64,000 nt of DNA. It comes from Nannocystis bainbridge. Its GTDB lineage: Bacteria > Myxococcota_A > Polyangia > Nannocystales > Nannocystaceae. A program made the position numbers and the translations under genes. The notes below the pieces were generated by a model. That model had not been told where the DNA came from. It ran no database searches and saw nothing but the letters and a program-made list of their open reading frames with translations. Below are positions 20,662 through 31,554 of this stretch, piece by piece. The stretch's first letter is position 1. Each line of letters begins with the position of its first letter. The stretch is from NCBI RefSeq assembly GCF_028368995.1, contig NZ_JAQNDL010000002.1, positions 1,376,001 through 1,440,000 on the forward strand, given 5' to 3'.

Positions 20662-21084
20662 GTGATGCCCAAGAGCACGATGTTGAGCCTTCTGTTCGTC
20701 GCTGCGTCCGCGGTCCTGCCGGGATGCAGCTGCGTCGCCCGTGACGCCGAGACGTACAAGAACGACACCCGCAGCCTCCTCGAGACCCGTAACAAGGCGA
20801 TCAAGGACTGCTACGACGTGGCCCTCACCACCGACCCGAAGGTCGACGGCGAGGTCGTGGTCAACTTCACGGTCGAGAAGAAGACCGGGAAGATCATCAA
20901 TGTGGCCGCCGACAAGGAGCGCACCAAGGCGCCCGGCTCGCTGAGCCGGTGCATCGTCGATGCGGTCGACGGGCTGATCCTCGACCCGGTCGACCAGCGC
21001 GACGGCCAGGCGACCTTCAGCTGGAAGTTCCGCGCCAACGAGCCCGCGGCGCCGGTCGAAGAAGAGGCCACGCCGAACAGCTAA
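20662..21084 (+). CDS. Lipoprotein with AgmX/PglI-type (TonB-C-like) C-terminal domain
   Basis: LPGC lipobox; IKDCYDVALTTDPKVDGEVVVNFTV...LSRCI pattern; AAGGAG RBS. Confidence 0.8.
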   Translation: MMPKSTMLSLLFVAASAVLPGCSCVARDAETYKNDTRSLLETRNKAIKDCYDVALTTDPKVDGEVVVNFTVEKKTGKIINVAADKERTKAPGSLSRCIVDAVDGLILDPVDQRDGQATFSWKFRANEPAAPVEEEATPNS

Positions 21085-21372
21085 TCGCGCCCGGGCGGCC
21101 ACGCGCCGTCAGGAGCACGGTTGGAGAGCGTCCCCGCCGCGCAGGCCTCGCCTGTGCGGTCGGCGGACGCTCGTTGCGTTGATGGAGCCCGGGTGCGAAC
21201 GGGTATGCCGGGGCTCGCTGGCGGAGGATACGTTTCCGACGCGCCGTGTTTATCCCTGGGCACGTCGCGGCGGGTCGGCGAGGGCGGCGAGTCCGACGAC
21301 GTAGCGAGGAGCTGCGTCACGGAGGGCAGGTGGCGTTGTCGGGGTGGTGGTCCGCGGCCTACACTCGCGGCC

Positions 21373-21885
21373 GTGCGGCACACCATCGAGCACGTGTTCG
21401 ACTGTTCTCCCGAGCGCCTGTGGGAGGTGTTCTTCTTCGACGAGGACTACGCCCGCGGGCTCTACGAGCGCCTGCGGCTCGCGGTGGTCCGGCGCGACCT
21501 GCAGCGCGAGGGCGAAGGACCGACCCTGATCGTGCGCCGCAAGCTGCAGCTGGCGGCCGACCGCGAGCTGCCGGGGGCGCTCAAGCGGCTGTTCCAGGGC
21601 ACGTCGACCGTGACCGAGACCGGCGAGTTCAACGCGGCGCTGCGCCGCTACAGCGTGACGATCCAGGTCCCGGTGATCGGTAACCTGGTCGACTACGGCG
21701 GCGAGTACACCTGGGACACGACGCCCGGCGGCCAGCTGCGCCGCGTGTGGCGGGGTCACTGCGATGCGCGGATCCCCCTCGTCGGCGGCAAGCTCGAGGC
21801 GTACCTGCTCGGGGAGATCGAGAAGAGCATGGCCGAGAACTTCGCCTTCACCCGCGACTACTTGAAGGCGCACCCGGCGAGCTGA
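21373..21885 (+). CDS. DUF2505/SRPBCC-like protein
   Basis: HTIEHVFDCSPERLW...IPLVGGKLEAYL signature. GTG start inferred. Confidence 0.75.
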   Translation: MRHTIEHVFDCSPERLWEVFFFDEDYARGLYERLRLAVVRRDLQREGEGPTLIVRRKLQLAADRELPGALKRLFQGTSTVTETGEFNAALRRYSVTIQVPVIGNLVDYGGEYTWDTTPGGQLRRVWRGHCDARIPLVGGKLEAYLLGEIEKSMAENFAFTRDYLKAHPAS

Positions 21886-21987
21886 GCGAGCTGTCCCGAG
21901 GGACAGCCGGCTGATGACGCCGACAAAAGCGAACGGCTCGTCGGAGGACCGACGAGCCGTGCGCGCAGAGCCGGTCGCTCGCGGCGT

Positions 21988-23172
<1,185 letters not shown>

Positions 23173-23191
23173 GCGGAGATGTCCCTTGGGG

Positions 23192-24598
23192 CTACTGCTG
23201 CGAGGCGAGGTAGTCGATGAGGTCGATCTTGGTGAGGAGACCGAGCAGGCGGTCGCCCTCGGTGACCAGCACGACCTTGGCGTCGTTGAAGATGCTGCGC
23301 AGCAGCTGGATGCGGGTGTGCGGGGTGACGGTGGCGTAGTCGCTGTTGACGAGGTCGGCCAGCGGCTCGTCGAGGCGGCCCTCGCTGCGGACGAGGAAGT
23401 TGAGGAGATCGAGCTCGCTGACGATGCCGCAGTGGCGGCCGTGCTCGTCGAGGACCGGCAGCTGGCTGATGCTGTTCTCCTTGAGCGTCTGGATCGCCAC
23501 GCGCACGGAGGTGTCGCGGGAGGCGGTGATCGTGCGCGCGGGCTTGCGCTTGAGGATGTGGGCGACGTAGCCGCTGGCCTCGTCCTCGTCGAGGAAGCCG
23601 TTCTGGCGCATCCAGTCGTCGTTGAAGATCTTGCTGAGGTACTTGGTGCTGCTGTCGGGCAGCAGGACCAGCAGACGCTTGGGCTGCTTGAGGGTGCGGG
23701 CGTACTTGATGGCGCCGAGCACCGCCGCGCCGCCCGAGCCGCCGACCGAGATGCCCTCGCGACGCACGAGGTCGCGCGTCATGATGAAGCACTCCTTGTC
23801 GTCGACCTGGACGATCTCGTCGAGGATGTTGAGGTTCATCGTCGACGGCAGGAAGTCCTCGCCGATGCCCTCCACGTAGTAGCTGAAGGGCTTGGTGAGG
23901 CGGCCGGTCTTGACGTACTCGTAGTAGAGCGAGCCGACCGGATCGACGCCGACGATCTTGATCGCCGGGTTCTTCTCCTTGAAGTAGCGGCCGCAGCCCG
24001 ACAGCGTGCCGCCGGTGCCCATGCCCGAGACGAACACGTCGAACTCGCCGCCGGTCTGCTCCCACATCTCGGGTGCGGTGCTGAGGTAGTGCGCCTCGGG
24101 GTTGGCGGGGTTGTGGTACTGGTTGGCGTAGAACGCCCCCGGCGTCTCCTCGACGATCCGCCGCGAGACCGAGTAGTAGCTGCGCGGGTCGGAGGGGTCG
24201 ACCGCCGTGGGGCACAGCACGACCTTGGCGCCGTACGACTTGAGGTTGTCGATCTTCTCGCGCGACATCTTGTCGGGCATGACGAAGATGCACTTGTAGC
24301 CGCGCGTGGAGGCGATCATCGCCAGGCCGGCGCCGGTGTTGCCGCTGGTGGCCTCGATGATGGTGCCGCCGGGCTGCAACATGCCGCGCGTCTCGGCGTC
24401 GCGGATGATGTTGAGCGCCACGCGGTCCTTCATCGAACCAGCCGGATTCAACATCTCGAGCTTGACGTAGACCTCGGACGTGAGTCCCTCGGTGACGTGG
24501 TTGAGACGGACGATCGGTGTGTGGCCAATCGCGGCGGTGACGTCGGCCCGGGCGCCCTTCATCAGCGCCCGCTCGGGCCGGGACGTATTGTTGCTCAT
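23192..24598 (-). CDS. Cystathionine beta-synthase with C-terminal CBS pair
   Basis: KLEMLNPAGSMKDR, EATSGNTG, GMGTGGT, YLSKIFNDDWM, followed by CBS domains. Directly upstream of the gamma-lyase. Confidence 0.93.
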   Translation of the reverse strand: MSNNTSRPERALMKGARADVTAAIGHTPIVRLNHVTEGLTSEVYVKLEMLNPAGSMKDRVALNIIRDAETRGMLQPGGTIIEATSGNTGAGLAMIASTRGYKCIFVMPDKMSREKIDNLKSYGAKVVLCPTAVDPSDPRSYYSVSRRIVEETPGAFYANQYHNPANPEAHYLSTAPEMWEQTGGEFDVFVSGMGTGGTLSGCGRYFKEKNPAIKIVGVDPVGSLYYEYVKTGRLTKPFSYYVEGIGEDFLPSTMNLNILDEIVQVDDKECFIMTRDLVRREGISVGGSGGAAVLGAIKYARTLKQPKRLLVLLPDSSTKYLSKIFNDDWMRQNGFLDEDEASGYVAHILKRKPARTITASRDTSVRVAIQTLKENSISQLPVLDEHGRHCGIVSELDLLNFLVRSEGRLDEPLADLVNSDYATVTPHTRIQLLRSIFNDAKVVLVTEGDRLLGLLTKIDLIDYLASQQ

Positions 24599-24691
24599 GA
24601 ACCCTCCGCGGCGTCGTCGCGCGCGCGCGACGAAGATACGGGGGTTTGCGTCAGGTGGCGAGCGCAGGCGCGGCGGTGCGCGTGGCCTTGC

Positions 24692-25369
24692 TCACGGTGA
24701 TGCGGCCGCGCGCTGTTTCCTCCGCTTGCCGACCTCGAAATACCAACCGAGGCTGAAGGTGACGATCGGGTACCAGCGCTTGAGGTCGAGGTTGAGGTGG
24801 ATGAGGTGCGTCTTCATGCCGCCGACGCGCAGGCCGAAGTTGAGCGCGCCGCGGTCGAGCCGGCTGGTCAGCGAGAGCTCGAGCTGCAGCGCGTGGTTGC
24901 CCCACAGCGCCGGCTGGGCCAGCCCCAGGCGACCGTCGTCCTGGTTGGCCACGGTCGGGAACGGGAAGATGAAGCTCCAGCCGGCGGCGGCGCCGAACAG
25001 CTTGCCCTGATAGCCGGCGAACAGGCTCGGCTGCAAGATCGCCGGCATCGCGTTGCGCGAATTGCCGACGTTGTAGCCGATGCCGAGGCTCGGCCGAAAC
25101 ATGGCGTACTTCAAGAACTGCAGCTGATAGGCGACGTCGAGGAGCAGCGGCGCGAAGTGGAAGCGCTGGCACCGCATCGGGCTGTCGTCGCACGCCTGGC
25201 TGGCGCGCACCCAGTCGGCGACGATGGCGATCCGCAGGCGATGCCGCGCCGGCAGCTCGCGCTTGCGCGGATCGGTAAGACCCTCTTCGCCGACGCTGCG
25301 CGCGGGAGCGGCAGCCGCGACGGTCGGCAGCGCGAGCGCGAGCGCGACCAGGACGGAAAGACAGCGCAC
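24692..25369 (-). CDS. Secreted hypothetical protein, probable outer-membrane barrel
   Basis: Signal peptide (LSVLVALALALPTVAAA), beta-strand pattern with FSLGWYF near the C-terminus. Start approximate. Confidence 0.65.
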   Translation of the reverse strand: MRCLSVLVALALALPTVAAAAPARSVGEEGLTDPRKRELPARHRLRIAIVADWVRASQACDDSPMRCQRFHFAPLLLDVAYQLQFLKYAMFRPSLGIGYNVGNSRNAMPAILQPSLFAGYQGKLFGAAAGWSFIFPFPTVANQDDGRLGLAQPALWGNHALQLELSLTSRLDRGALNFGLRVGGMKTHLIHLNLDLKRWYPIVTFSLGWYFEVGKRRKQRAAASP

Positions 25370-25548
25370 GGCCGTCAGGATCAACCGAGCGCGGCGAGGT
25401 GTAAAGGGTTCGACCGATCGCGGTCCGTGCCGGGGCACGGACGGTGCGCACGGGCGATCGGCGGCGCGTGGGCACGGATCGCCGGGATGGCGGCCAACCG
25501 GGGCCGCGGGCCGCGGGGGCCGGATTCGTGGGGGTGAGGCGTCGGGCG

Positions 25549-27684
25549 TCACTCGAGGTCGACGCCATCGCGCTCGCCGTGAATGACGATCGCTTCGCCG
25601 CTGAGCGCGCGGGCGGCCTGGAGCCCGGTGATGACGGCCCCCTCGGCGCAGGCGAGCTCGATGCCGCCGCCGACCCAGTCGCCGGCGAGCCAGAGGTTGC
25701 GAAAGCCGCTGTCGCCGGCGGCGAGGCGGTGCCGCGGATCGCCGGGGAGGGTGACGATCTGGCGGTCGCTGGCGTTTTGGGTCGACCAGCAGTGCTGGGC
25801 GGCGAGGCGGTGCTCGCCGGCGCGGCCCTGCGGATCGAGGAGCAGCTCCCAGTTGAACTCGTCGGCGCCGGCGAGCGTGGCCTCGGGCCACAGGGCGCGC
25901 GGATGGCTCTTGAGCCAGGTCTCGGCGATGTCGCGCACGGGCTCGCGGCTGCCGTCGGCGGCGCGATCGGGGCGCGGCCCGCTGAGCGACGCGATCGCGC
26001 CGGGCCAGTGCTCGCGCGGCCAACCTTCGTAGGGCGCGGCGGTCGAGAGGTTGAACCACCGCGGCAGTTCAGTGCCCGGCAGCTCGCCGGCGCCGGCGGG
26101 GGCGGGCGCGCCGAGGAGCTGGGCCCAGGTCGGCGAGAGCCACAGCTGCGCGCCCATGGCGGCGATCGAGTGGGTGCGATCGAGCAGCTCGCCCCAGCGC
26201 GGGTCACGAGCGGCGAGCTCGCGCGCGACGCCGCCGAGCGCGGGCGGCGGGATGGCGAGGATGATGTCGTCGAAGTCGACGCCGGCGCGCAGGGCGACCT
26301 CCTCGACCTCGGGCGACTCGGTGGCCTCGAAGTCGATGGCCTGGATCACGGGGTCGTCGCCGAGGACGATCTGCGAGTAGAGCGGGCGGCTCGGCCAGCA
26401 CGGCAGGCCCTTGACCTTGAGGAGCGGCTCGTACTCTTCGACGCCCGGGGCGAGCTCGATCTGGCGGCCGACGATCGCGGCGGACACGGTCGCGCCGTCA
26501 GGCGCGGGGCACAGGCGCTTGAGCTTGTGGAAGAAGCGGAAGGCGACGCCGCGGTCGCGCAGGAGGCGGTAGAGCGGGGCGAACAGGACCTCGCCGAGGC
26601 CGGCGGCGGGGGTGTAGTAGAGGGCGCCGGAGAAGGCGAGGTAGCGGCGCAGGGCGGCCCGCAGCATGGCGCCGGCGGCGGCGACGGGGCGCGCGACGTC
26701 ACCCGACTCATAGGACATGTGGTCGGCGTACAGGCCGACGACCACGCTGCTGGCCAGCGACGCCTCGGCGGCGCCGTGGCGGCGCAGCCAGTCGCGCAGG
26801 TCTTGATCGTCGATCGCGGAGAAGCCGGCGCGATCGAGGCCGTCGTGCAGGATCCCGCGGACGATGGCGAGCGCCAGGTCGACCATGGTGGTGAACTGCG
26901 GGTGACTGTCGCGCGCGCCGAGGCCGACGAGCGTGCGCAGGCTGTGCTCGCCGCAGTGGGTCAGCGGCTGGGCCCAGGCGCGGCGCTGACGCGAGGTCTG
27001 CGGCGCGTCCTCGTCGTGGGCGGCCGCGGCGGCGCGGCGGAGCAGGGCGTCGTAGTCGGGGCTCTGCGGGTCGAAGCCGTCGTAGGCGCGCACGCCCTGG
27101 CCGCTCGCGCGGCGCATCAGCGCCGGCCACAGCGCGCGCGATGAATCGGGCCAGCGCGGGACGATCGCGGACCAGGTGGCGAACTGCGGATGTAGGCGCG
27201 GGATGCAGTCGATGGCCCACAGCAACAAGGTCTGGGCGAAGTGCCACACGCTCGGCTGCGGCGCGCCGTCGCCGGGCAGGTTGTCGGCGCGCGGCAGGTG
27301 CATCTTCCACGGCGGCGCGCGGCTGGAGCGATCACCTGTCCCGAGGAGCAGGGTGTCGCACGGCTTGAAGGCCTCTTTGAAGGTGGCGAGCGGCGCGCCC
27401 GGAGCCCGTCGCGTCTCGGCGTAGACGCGGCGCGCCAGGGCGAAGGCGTTGTCGTACCAGCCGAACCACACGTGGTGACCGAGCGCCTCGCTGCGGGCGT
27501 GCGCGCGGAGGTTGCGGCCGCTGCGGGCCTTGCCGCCGAGGCGCCAGCCGATCTGGTAGACGGTGATGTCGTAGCGCTCGCGCCAGTCGGGCAGCTCGGT
27601 CAGCGCGAACACGGCGCTGAGCGAGCCGAGCCCGCCGCCGAACACGGCGAGCTTGCGGGGACGAGGCGGAGGACCGGCGGACAT
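25549..27684 (-). CDS. FAD/NAD(P)-binding oxidoreductase (amine oxidase/phytoene-desaturase-like)
   Basis: LAVFGGGLGS dinucleotide motif, RLGGK, C-terminal NLWLAGDW...EGAVITG. Confidence 0.85.
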   Translation of the reverse strand: MSAGPPPRPRKLAVFGGGLGSLSAVFALTELPDWRERYDITVYQIGWRLGGKARSGRNLRAHARSEALGHHVWFGWYDNAFALARRVYAETRRAPGAPLATFKEAFKPCDTLLLGTGDRSSRAPPWKMHLPRADNLPGDGAPQPSVWHFAQTLLLWAIDCIPRLHPQFATWSAIVPRWPDSSRALWPALMRRASGQGVRAYDGFDPQSPDYDALLRRAAAAAHDEDAPQTSRQRRAWAQPLTHCGEHSLRTLVGLGARDSHPQFTTMVDLALAIVRGILHDGLDRAGFSAIDDQDLRDWLRRHGAAEASLASSVVVGLYADHMSYESGDVARPVAAAGAMLRAALRRYLAFSGALYYTPAAGLGEVLFAPLYRLLRDRGVAFRFFHKLKRLCPAPDGATVSAAIVGRQIELAPGVEEYEPLLKVKGLPCWPSRPLYSQIVLGDDPVIQAIDFEATESPEVEEVALRAGVDFDDIILAIPPPALGGVARELAARDPRWGELLDRTHSIAAMGAQLWLSPTWAQLLGAPAPAGAGELPGTELPRWFNLSTAAPYEGWPREHWPGAIASLSGPRPDRAADGSREPVRDIAETWLKSHPRALWPEATLAGADEFNWELLLDPQGRAGEHRLAAQHCWSTQNASDRQIVTLPGDPRHRLAAGDSGFRNLWLAGDWVGGGIELACAEGAVITGLQAARALSGEAIVIHGERDGVDLE

Positions 27685-27742
27685 GGCTGCAGAGGTCGGC
27701 GATGGTAGCTCGGTTGCGCCCGGACGGATCCTCCCCGGATGT

Positions 27743-28114
27743 TCAGCCCCCGGCCGCTCGATGGGTCATGTCGATGAAGTTGTGGAGGAAGCCGCAGGTC
27801 GAGCAGGCGAGCGAATGCACCGGCGCGGAGTGGGTGAAGCCGCCGGTCGGCGAGGTGAACCGCAGGGTGCTCATGTGCAGCGGCAAGGGGGCGCGGGTGT
27901 CGTGGCCGGCGAAGATGGCGACCGGCAGCAGGGTGACGCCGCCGCACATGACGCAGGTCTTGTGGGCGCCGGAGCGGCGGCGCTCGCGGGTGTCGTCGGC
28001 CACGCCGCGGGCGCGCGCGTCGGCGTCGGCGAGCTCGCGCTGCAGTCGCTCGTTTTCTTGCTCGAGCGCGGCGAGCTGCAGGAGCAGCGCCTCACGATCG
28101 TCGCGGTAGGGCAC
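27743..28114 (-). CDS. Small hypothetical protein, coiled coil plus two CxxC motifs
   Basis: PYRDDREAL start; CVMCGG and CSTCG. Confidence 0.6.
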   Translation of the reverse strand: MPYRDDREALLLQLAALEQENERLQRELADADARARGVADDTRERRRSGAHKTCVMCGGVTLLPVAIFAGHDTRAPLPLHMSTLRFTSPTGGFTHSAPVHSLACSTCGFLHNFIDMTHRAAGG

Positions 28115-28165
28115 GCGCGCGACACATTAGCAGGTCGCAAGCCAGGGCTGCTACCCTTGCGCCCG

Positions 28166-28807
28166 GTGACCCGCTTCATCGCCCGTCAATGCGAGCGCGC
28201 GAGCTGCCGCCTCCGCTTCCCGGTGGCCGAAGGCAGCTCGCTCGGCGAGTCGTGTCCGCACTGCGGCGGACCGACGGCCGTCGACCCCGAACCGTACGAG
28301 AGCCACGAGGCGCGCGCGCCGGCGCGAGCGAGCGGGCCGAAGGTGCACGCGCTGCTCGACAACGTCCGCAGCCTGAAGAACGTCGGCTCGATGTTCCGCA
28401 CCGCCGACGGGGCCGGGGTCGAGCACATGCACCTGACCGGGTTCACGCCGACGCCCGATCACCCGGCGATGGCGAAGACCGCCCTCGGCGCGGAGAAGAC
28501 CGTGCCGTGGACGCTCCATCGCGACGGCGCGGCGGCGGCGGCGTGGCTGTGCGACGCGGGCCATCGCTTGTGGGCGCTCGAGGGCGGACCGCGAGCGACG
28601 CCGTGGTTCGAGGCGCTGCGCGAACCCGGCGACGCGCCGATCGTGTTGGTGGTCGGCCACGAGGTGTCGGGGGTGGACCCGCGGATCCTGGCCCGCTGCG
28701 AGCGCGTGCTGGCGCTGCCGATGCTCGGGATCAAGGGCTCGCTCAACGTCGGCGTGGCGTTCGGCGTGGCGCTCTACAGCCTGCGCTTTGGGACAGGGAC
28801 CGACTGA
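28166..28807 (+). CDS. SpoU/TrmH-family RNA methyltransferase with N-terminal zinc-ribbon
   Basis: LDNVRSLKNVGSMFRTADG, VVGHEVSGV, SLNVGVA; N-terminal C..xC / CPHC. Confidence 0.9.
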   Translation: MTRFIARQCERASCRLRFPVAEGSSLGESCPHCGGPTAVDPEPYESHEARAPARASGPKVHALLDNVRSLKNVGSMFRTADGAGVEHMHLTGFTPTPDHPAMAKTALGAEKTVPWTLHRDGAAAAAWLCDAGHRLWALEGGPRATPWFEALREPGDAPIVLVVGHEVSGVDPRILARCERVLALPMLGIKGSLNVGVAFGVALYSLRFGTGTD

Positions 28808-29128
28808 TGTTCGCGCCGCGAGATCGTGCGCCAGCGCAATCTCGCGGGTGTGGGCGGTGCGGCGAACTGGCGTGATCGAAAGGCGGTGCTGCCGCCGCCG
28901 CCTGTGCGATCGGACAGGTGCGATCGGCCATGAGAGCCGGAAGGCCGCGCGTCCCGGGCAGGAGACGTTGCCGCCAGATGGGCGAGAATTCATGGCCGAC
29001 GGGTCTTTCGCGGCGTGTGCGGATCCGCCACATCGAAGTCGTCGCTCGTGCGTGACCTACCGGGGACGAGGCGCCGGGGCTGGAGTTGTGTTACCGTGCC
29101 GGCCTCTCAGAGGAGAACCCGAAACGTG

Positions 29129-29881
29129 ATGCTGCTTCGAACTCTGGCTGTTCCTGTCCTGGTGCTCGGTCTGGCGGTGGCTGGCTGTGGCAAGAAGACC
29201 CCCGACGGCACGACGCCCCCGGGCGAGACCGGCGCCGGCGGTGCGTCCGCCGGAGGTGGTGATTCCGGCGGCGGTGATGCGGGTGGTGGTGAGTCCGCTG
29301 GTGAGGCCGGCGGTGATGCGGGCGGCGGCGACTCCGACGTCTCGCAGAAGGTTTGCGACGCCGAAGTGGGCGACACGCCCAAGGCCGTGTTCGCCGACAA
29401 CGTGATCCTGCGGCTCCCGAAGGGGATGGAGCTGGTCGAAGAGAACCCGTTCTTCGCCCGCATCTCCACCAAGGACACCGTGTCGACGTGCGACGGCGTG
29501 ATCAGCTTCGGCGCGCTCGGCTACTTCCAGGCCGACGCGACCAAGACCGTCAAGCAGGTCCGCGACGAGACGATCCAGGCCGCGCGCGGCGTGCCGCCGA
29601 ACGAGGTCACCTGGACCGAGGAGACCGAGAAGGGCCGCGATTACTCGGGCTCGTACTCGATCCCCGAGGACGCCAAGGGCAACCCGCCGATCAAGGGCTG
29701 GTTCGTGCTCAAGGAGAAGGCCGGCTTCACGTTCTGGTACGCGCTCGAGACGCATCCGAACGCCTGGAACGCGCTGGCCAAGACCTTCCAGGAGTCGGGC
29801 AACCGCCTCCGCATCGGGCCGAACATCGCGCCGGCGCCGGCCCCCACGCCAGCACCGTCTGGCAAGAAGAAGGGCAAGTGA
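29129..29881 (+). CDS. Lipoprotein of unknown function (paralog 1)
   Basis: AGGAG RBS, VAGC lipobox, Gly-rich linker, domain shared with 30290..31090. Confidence 0.85.
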   Translation: MLLRTLAVPVLVLGLAVAGCGKKTPDGTTPPGETGAGGASAGGGDSGGGDAGGGESAGEAGGDAGGGDSDVSQKVCDAEVGDTPKAVFADNVILRLPKGMELVEENPFFARISTKDTVSTCDGVISFGALGYFQADATKTVKQVRDETIQAARGVPPNEVTWTEETEKGRDYSGSYSIPEDAKGNPPIKGWFVLKEKAGFTFWYALETHPNAWNALAKTFQESGNRLRIGPNIAPAPAPTPAPSGKKKGK

Positions 29882-29910
29882 GCTGAACGCGTCCCCTCGA
29901 CGCGCTCCTC

Positions 29911-29947
29911 GCGGCTCCGGGCTTCGGCGCGGGGCCGCTTGCTTTTT
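29911..29947 (+). terminator. Probable rho-independent terminator
   Basis: GCGGCTCCG...CGGGGCCGC stem followed by TTGCTTTTT, 30 bp after the stop codon. Confidence 0.5.
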
Positions 29948-30289
29948 GGCGGCACGCGCATGCGAGTGACGGGGCAGAGTGCTCTGCGGACGCAGGACGA
30001 GCGGCGGCCGGGAGTGACACGGGGAGCTGCGAGGTTTCGCGGGCGCGGCTGCGAGTGACGCGGGGAGGCGCGAGGCGGACGCAGCACCAGCGACCGCTGC
30101 GAGCGGCACCGGAGGCGCGAGCTTCTGCCGCCGCAGGACGTGCGAGGTCTGGGACTTGACGAGGTTGGTGGCGGGCTCGGCCGTCGTGGATCGAGGATCG
30201 TCGCCGTCGGGCGCGATTGACTTCGCGGGCGGCACGAGGTCTGATCGCGCCACGTCGGGCCGCGGGCCCGGCACGCCAAGGAGATCTCG

Positions 30290-31090
30290 ATGTCGCGCGT
30301 CGCTCTGTCTCTCGCTCTCGCGCTCGCGTGGGCTCCGCTCGTCGGCTGTGCCGTGAGCGCCAGCGCCAGTTCTGGCTCGGGGACCATGTCCTCCGGGACA
30401 GGTCCTCAGGGCAAGCCGGCGCGGCGGGTCGACGAGGGCGGAGGCGAGGCCGGCGGGGGCGGGGCTGCACCGGCCGGGCCGCCGCCGTGTCAGCCGGCGC
30501 TGGCCGACGCTCCGACCGCGCTGTTCGGCACGCGAATCCTGGTGCGTTTGCCGAAGGGCGTCGAGCTGGCGGAGCAGAACCCGTTCTACGCCCAGGCGGT
30601 CGCGCCCGACCAGGCGACGAATTGCGGGCAGCCGGTGGCGTACGCGGCGGTCGGCTTCTTCGAGTATCCGAACGCGGCCCCGGCGGCAGTGCGCGACCAG
30701 GTGCTCGAGCTGCGGGGGATCGCCAAGGGCGCGGCGACGTGGGACGACGAGGGGACGCGCGGCAAGACGTACACCGGCGCGTACACGGTGCCGGCCGACG
30801 CGGCCACTGGCGCGCCGGCGGTGCGCGGGTGGTTCGTGCTGCGCGACGCCAACGACAAGTACGGTTACTTCGCGCTCTACGAGACCGACCCGGCCCACTG
30901 GGACGCGCTGAAGCCGGTGCTGGTGGCGAGCGGCAAGTCGCTGCTGGTGAAGCCGCGCATGGTCGCGTCGCCGGCCGAGGCGCAGGTGAGCGCCGCGCCG
31001 CCGCCGACGTCGGGCGGTCTCTCGGCCGAGCCGGCGGGCGCCAAGCCGGCGAAGCCCGCGAAGGACGCGAAGGCCGTGAAGGCCAAATAG
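30290..31090 (+). CDS. Lipoprotein of unknown function (paralog 2)
   Basis: AAGGAG RBS, LVGC lipobox; RLPKG.EL.E.NPF, GWFVL and ALYET motifs match paralog 1. Confidence 0.85.
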   Translation: MSRVALSLALALAWAPLVGCAVSASASSGSGTMSSGTGPQGKPARRVDEGGGEAGGGGAAPAGPPPCQPALADAPTALFGTRILVRLPKGVELAEQNPFYAQAVAPDQATNCGQPVAYAAVGFFEYPNAAPAAVRDQVLELRGIAKGAATWDDEGTRGKTYTGAYTVPADAATGAPAVRGWFVLRDANDKYGYFALYETDPAHWDALKPVLVASGKSLLVKPRMVASPAEAQVSAAPPPTSGGLSAEPAGAKPAKPAKDAKAVKAK

Positions 31091-31131
31091 CAGCGGCGGG
31101 GCTAACGCACGTCCTCGCCGTCACGAGGCGC

Positions 31132-31160
31132 TTGCGGGTCGCGTCACAGTCGAGTAAAAG
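31132..31160 (+). promoter_or_regulatory. Possible sigma-70 promoter for the tRNA pair
   Basis: TTGCGG-N17-TAAAAG about 30 bp upstream of tRNA-Glu. Confidence 0.4.
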
Positions 31161-31189
31161 CCGCAAGTCCCAGCCGCGCGTGGCGCTGT

Positions 31190-31262
31190 GACCCTGTCGT
31201 CCAGAGGCCTAGGACAGTGGCCTTTCACGCCACCAACACGGGTTCGAATCCCGTCAGGGTCG
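31190..31262 (+). tRNA. tRNA-Glu (TTC)
   Basis: Acceptor GACCCTG/CAGGGTC, anticodon arm GTGGC-CT TTC AC-GCCAC, T arm GGTTCGAATCC. CCA not encoded. Confidence 0.95.
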
Positions 31263-31305
31263 TCTCTCGCGCGCGGCTGGGCCCTTGAGCTCGCTCAAGG
31301 GTCCT

Positions 31306-31378
31306 GGGCCCGTAGCTCAGTCGGTAGAGCAACGGACTTTTAATCCGTGGGTCGTCGGTTCGATCCCGACCGGGCTCA
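31306..31378 (+). tRNA. tRNA-Lys (TTT)
   Basis: GGGCCCG/CGGGCTC acceptor, D arm TAGCTCAGTCGGTAGAGC, ACGGA-CT TTT AA-TCCGT, GGTTCGATCCC. CCA not encoded. Confidence 0.95.
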
Positions 31379-31554
31379 TTCGCTCCCGGCCCTCTCGGGC
31401 CGGAAGGCCCTCCGGGCCGAGGCCTGCGACGGTCTCGGCGCGGATGGTCTTGCGCGCGTTCAGGCCGGGCTCAGGCCGCGCAGACGCCCCGGAAACTGGC
31501 TGGCAGGGGATCTTCTGTTATGGTGGCGTCGGGCTCGCCCCCGGAGGTTTCGCC

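Noticed and set aside
31282-31301. Hairpin CCCTTGAGC-TC-GCTCAAGGG between the tRNAs
   Set aside because: A real inverted repeat, but it has no U-tract and is typical of tRNA spacers.
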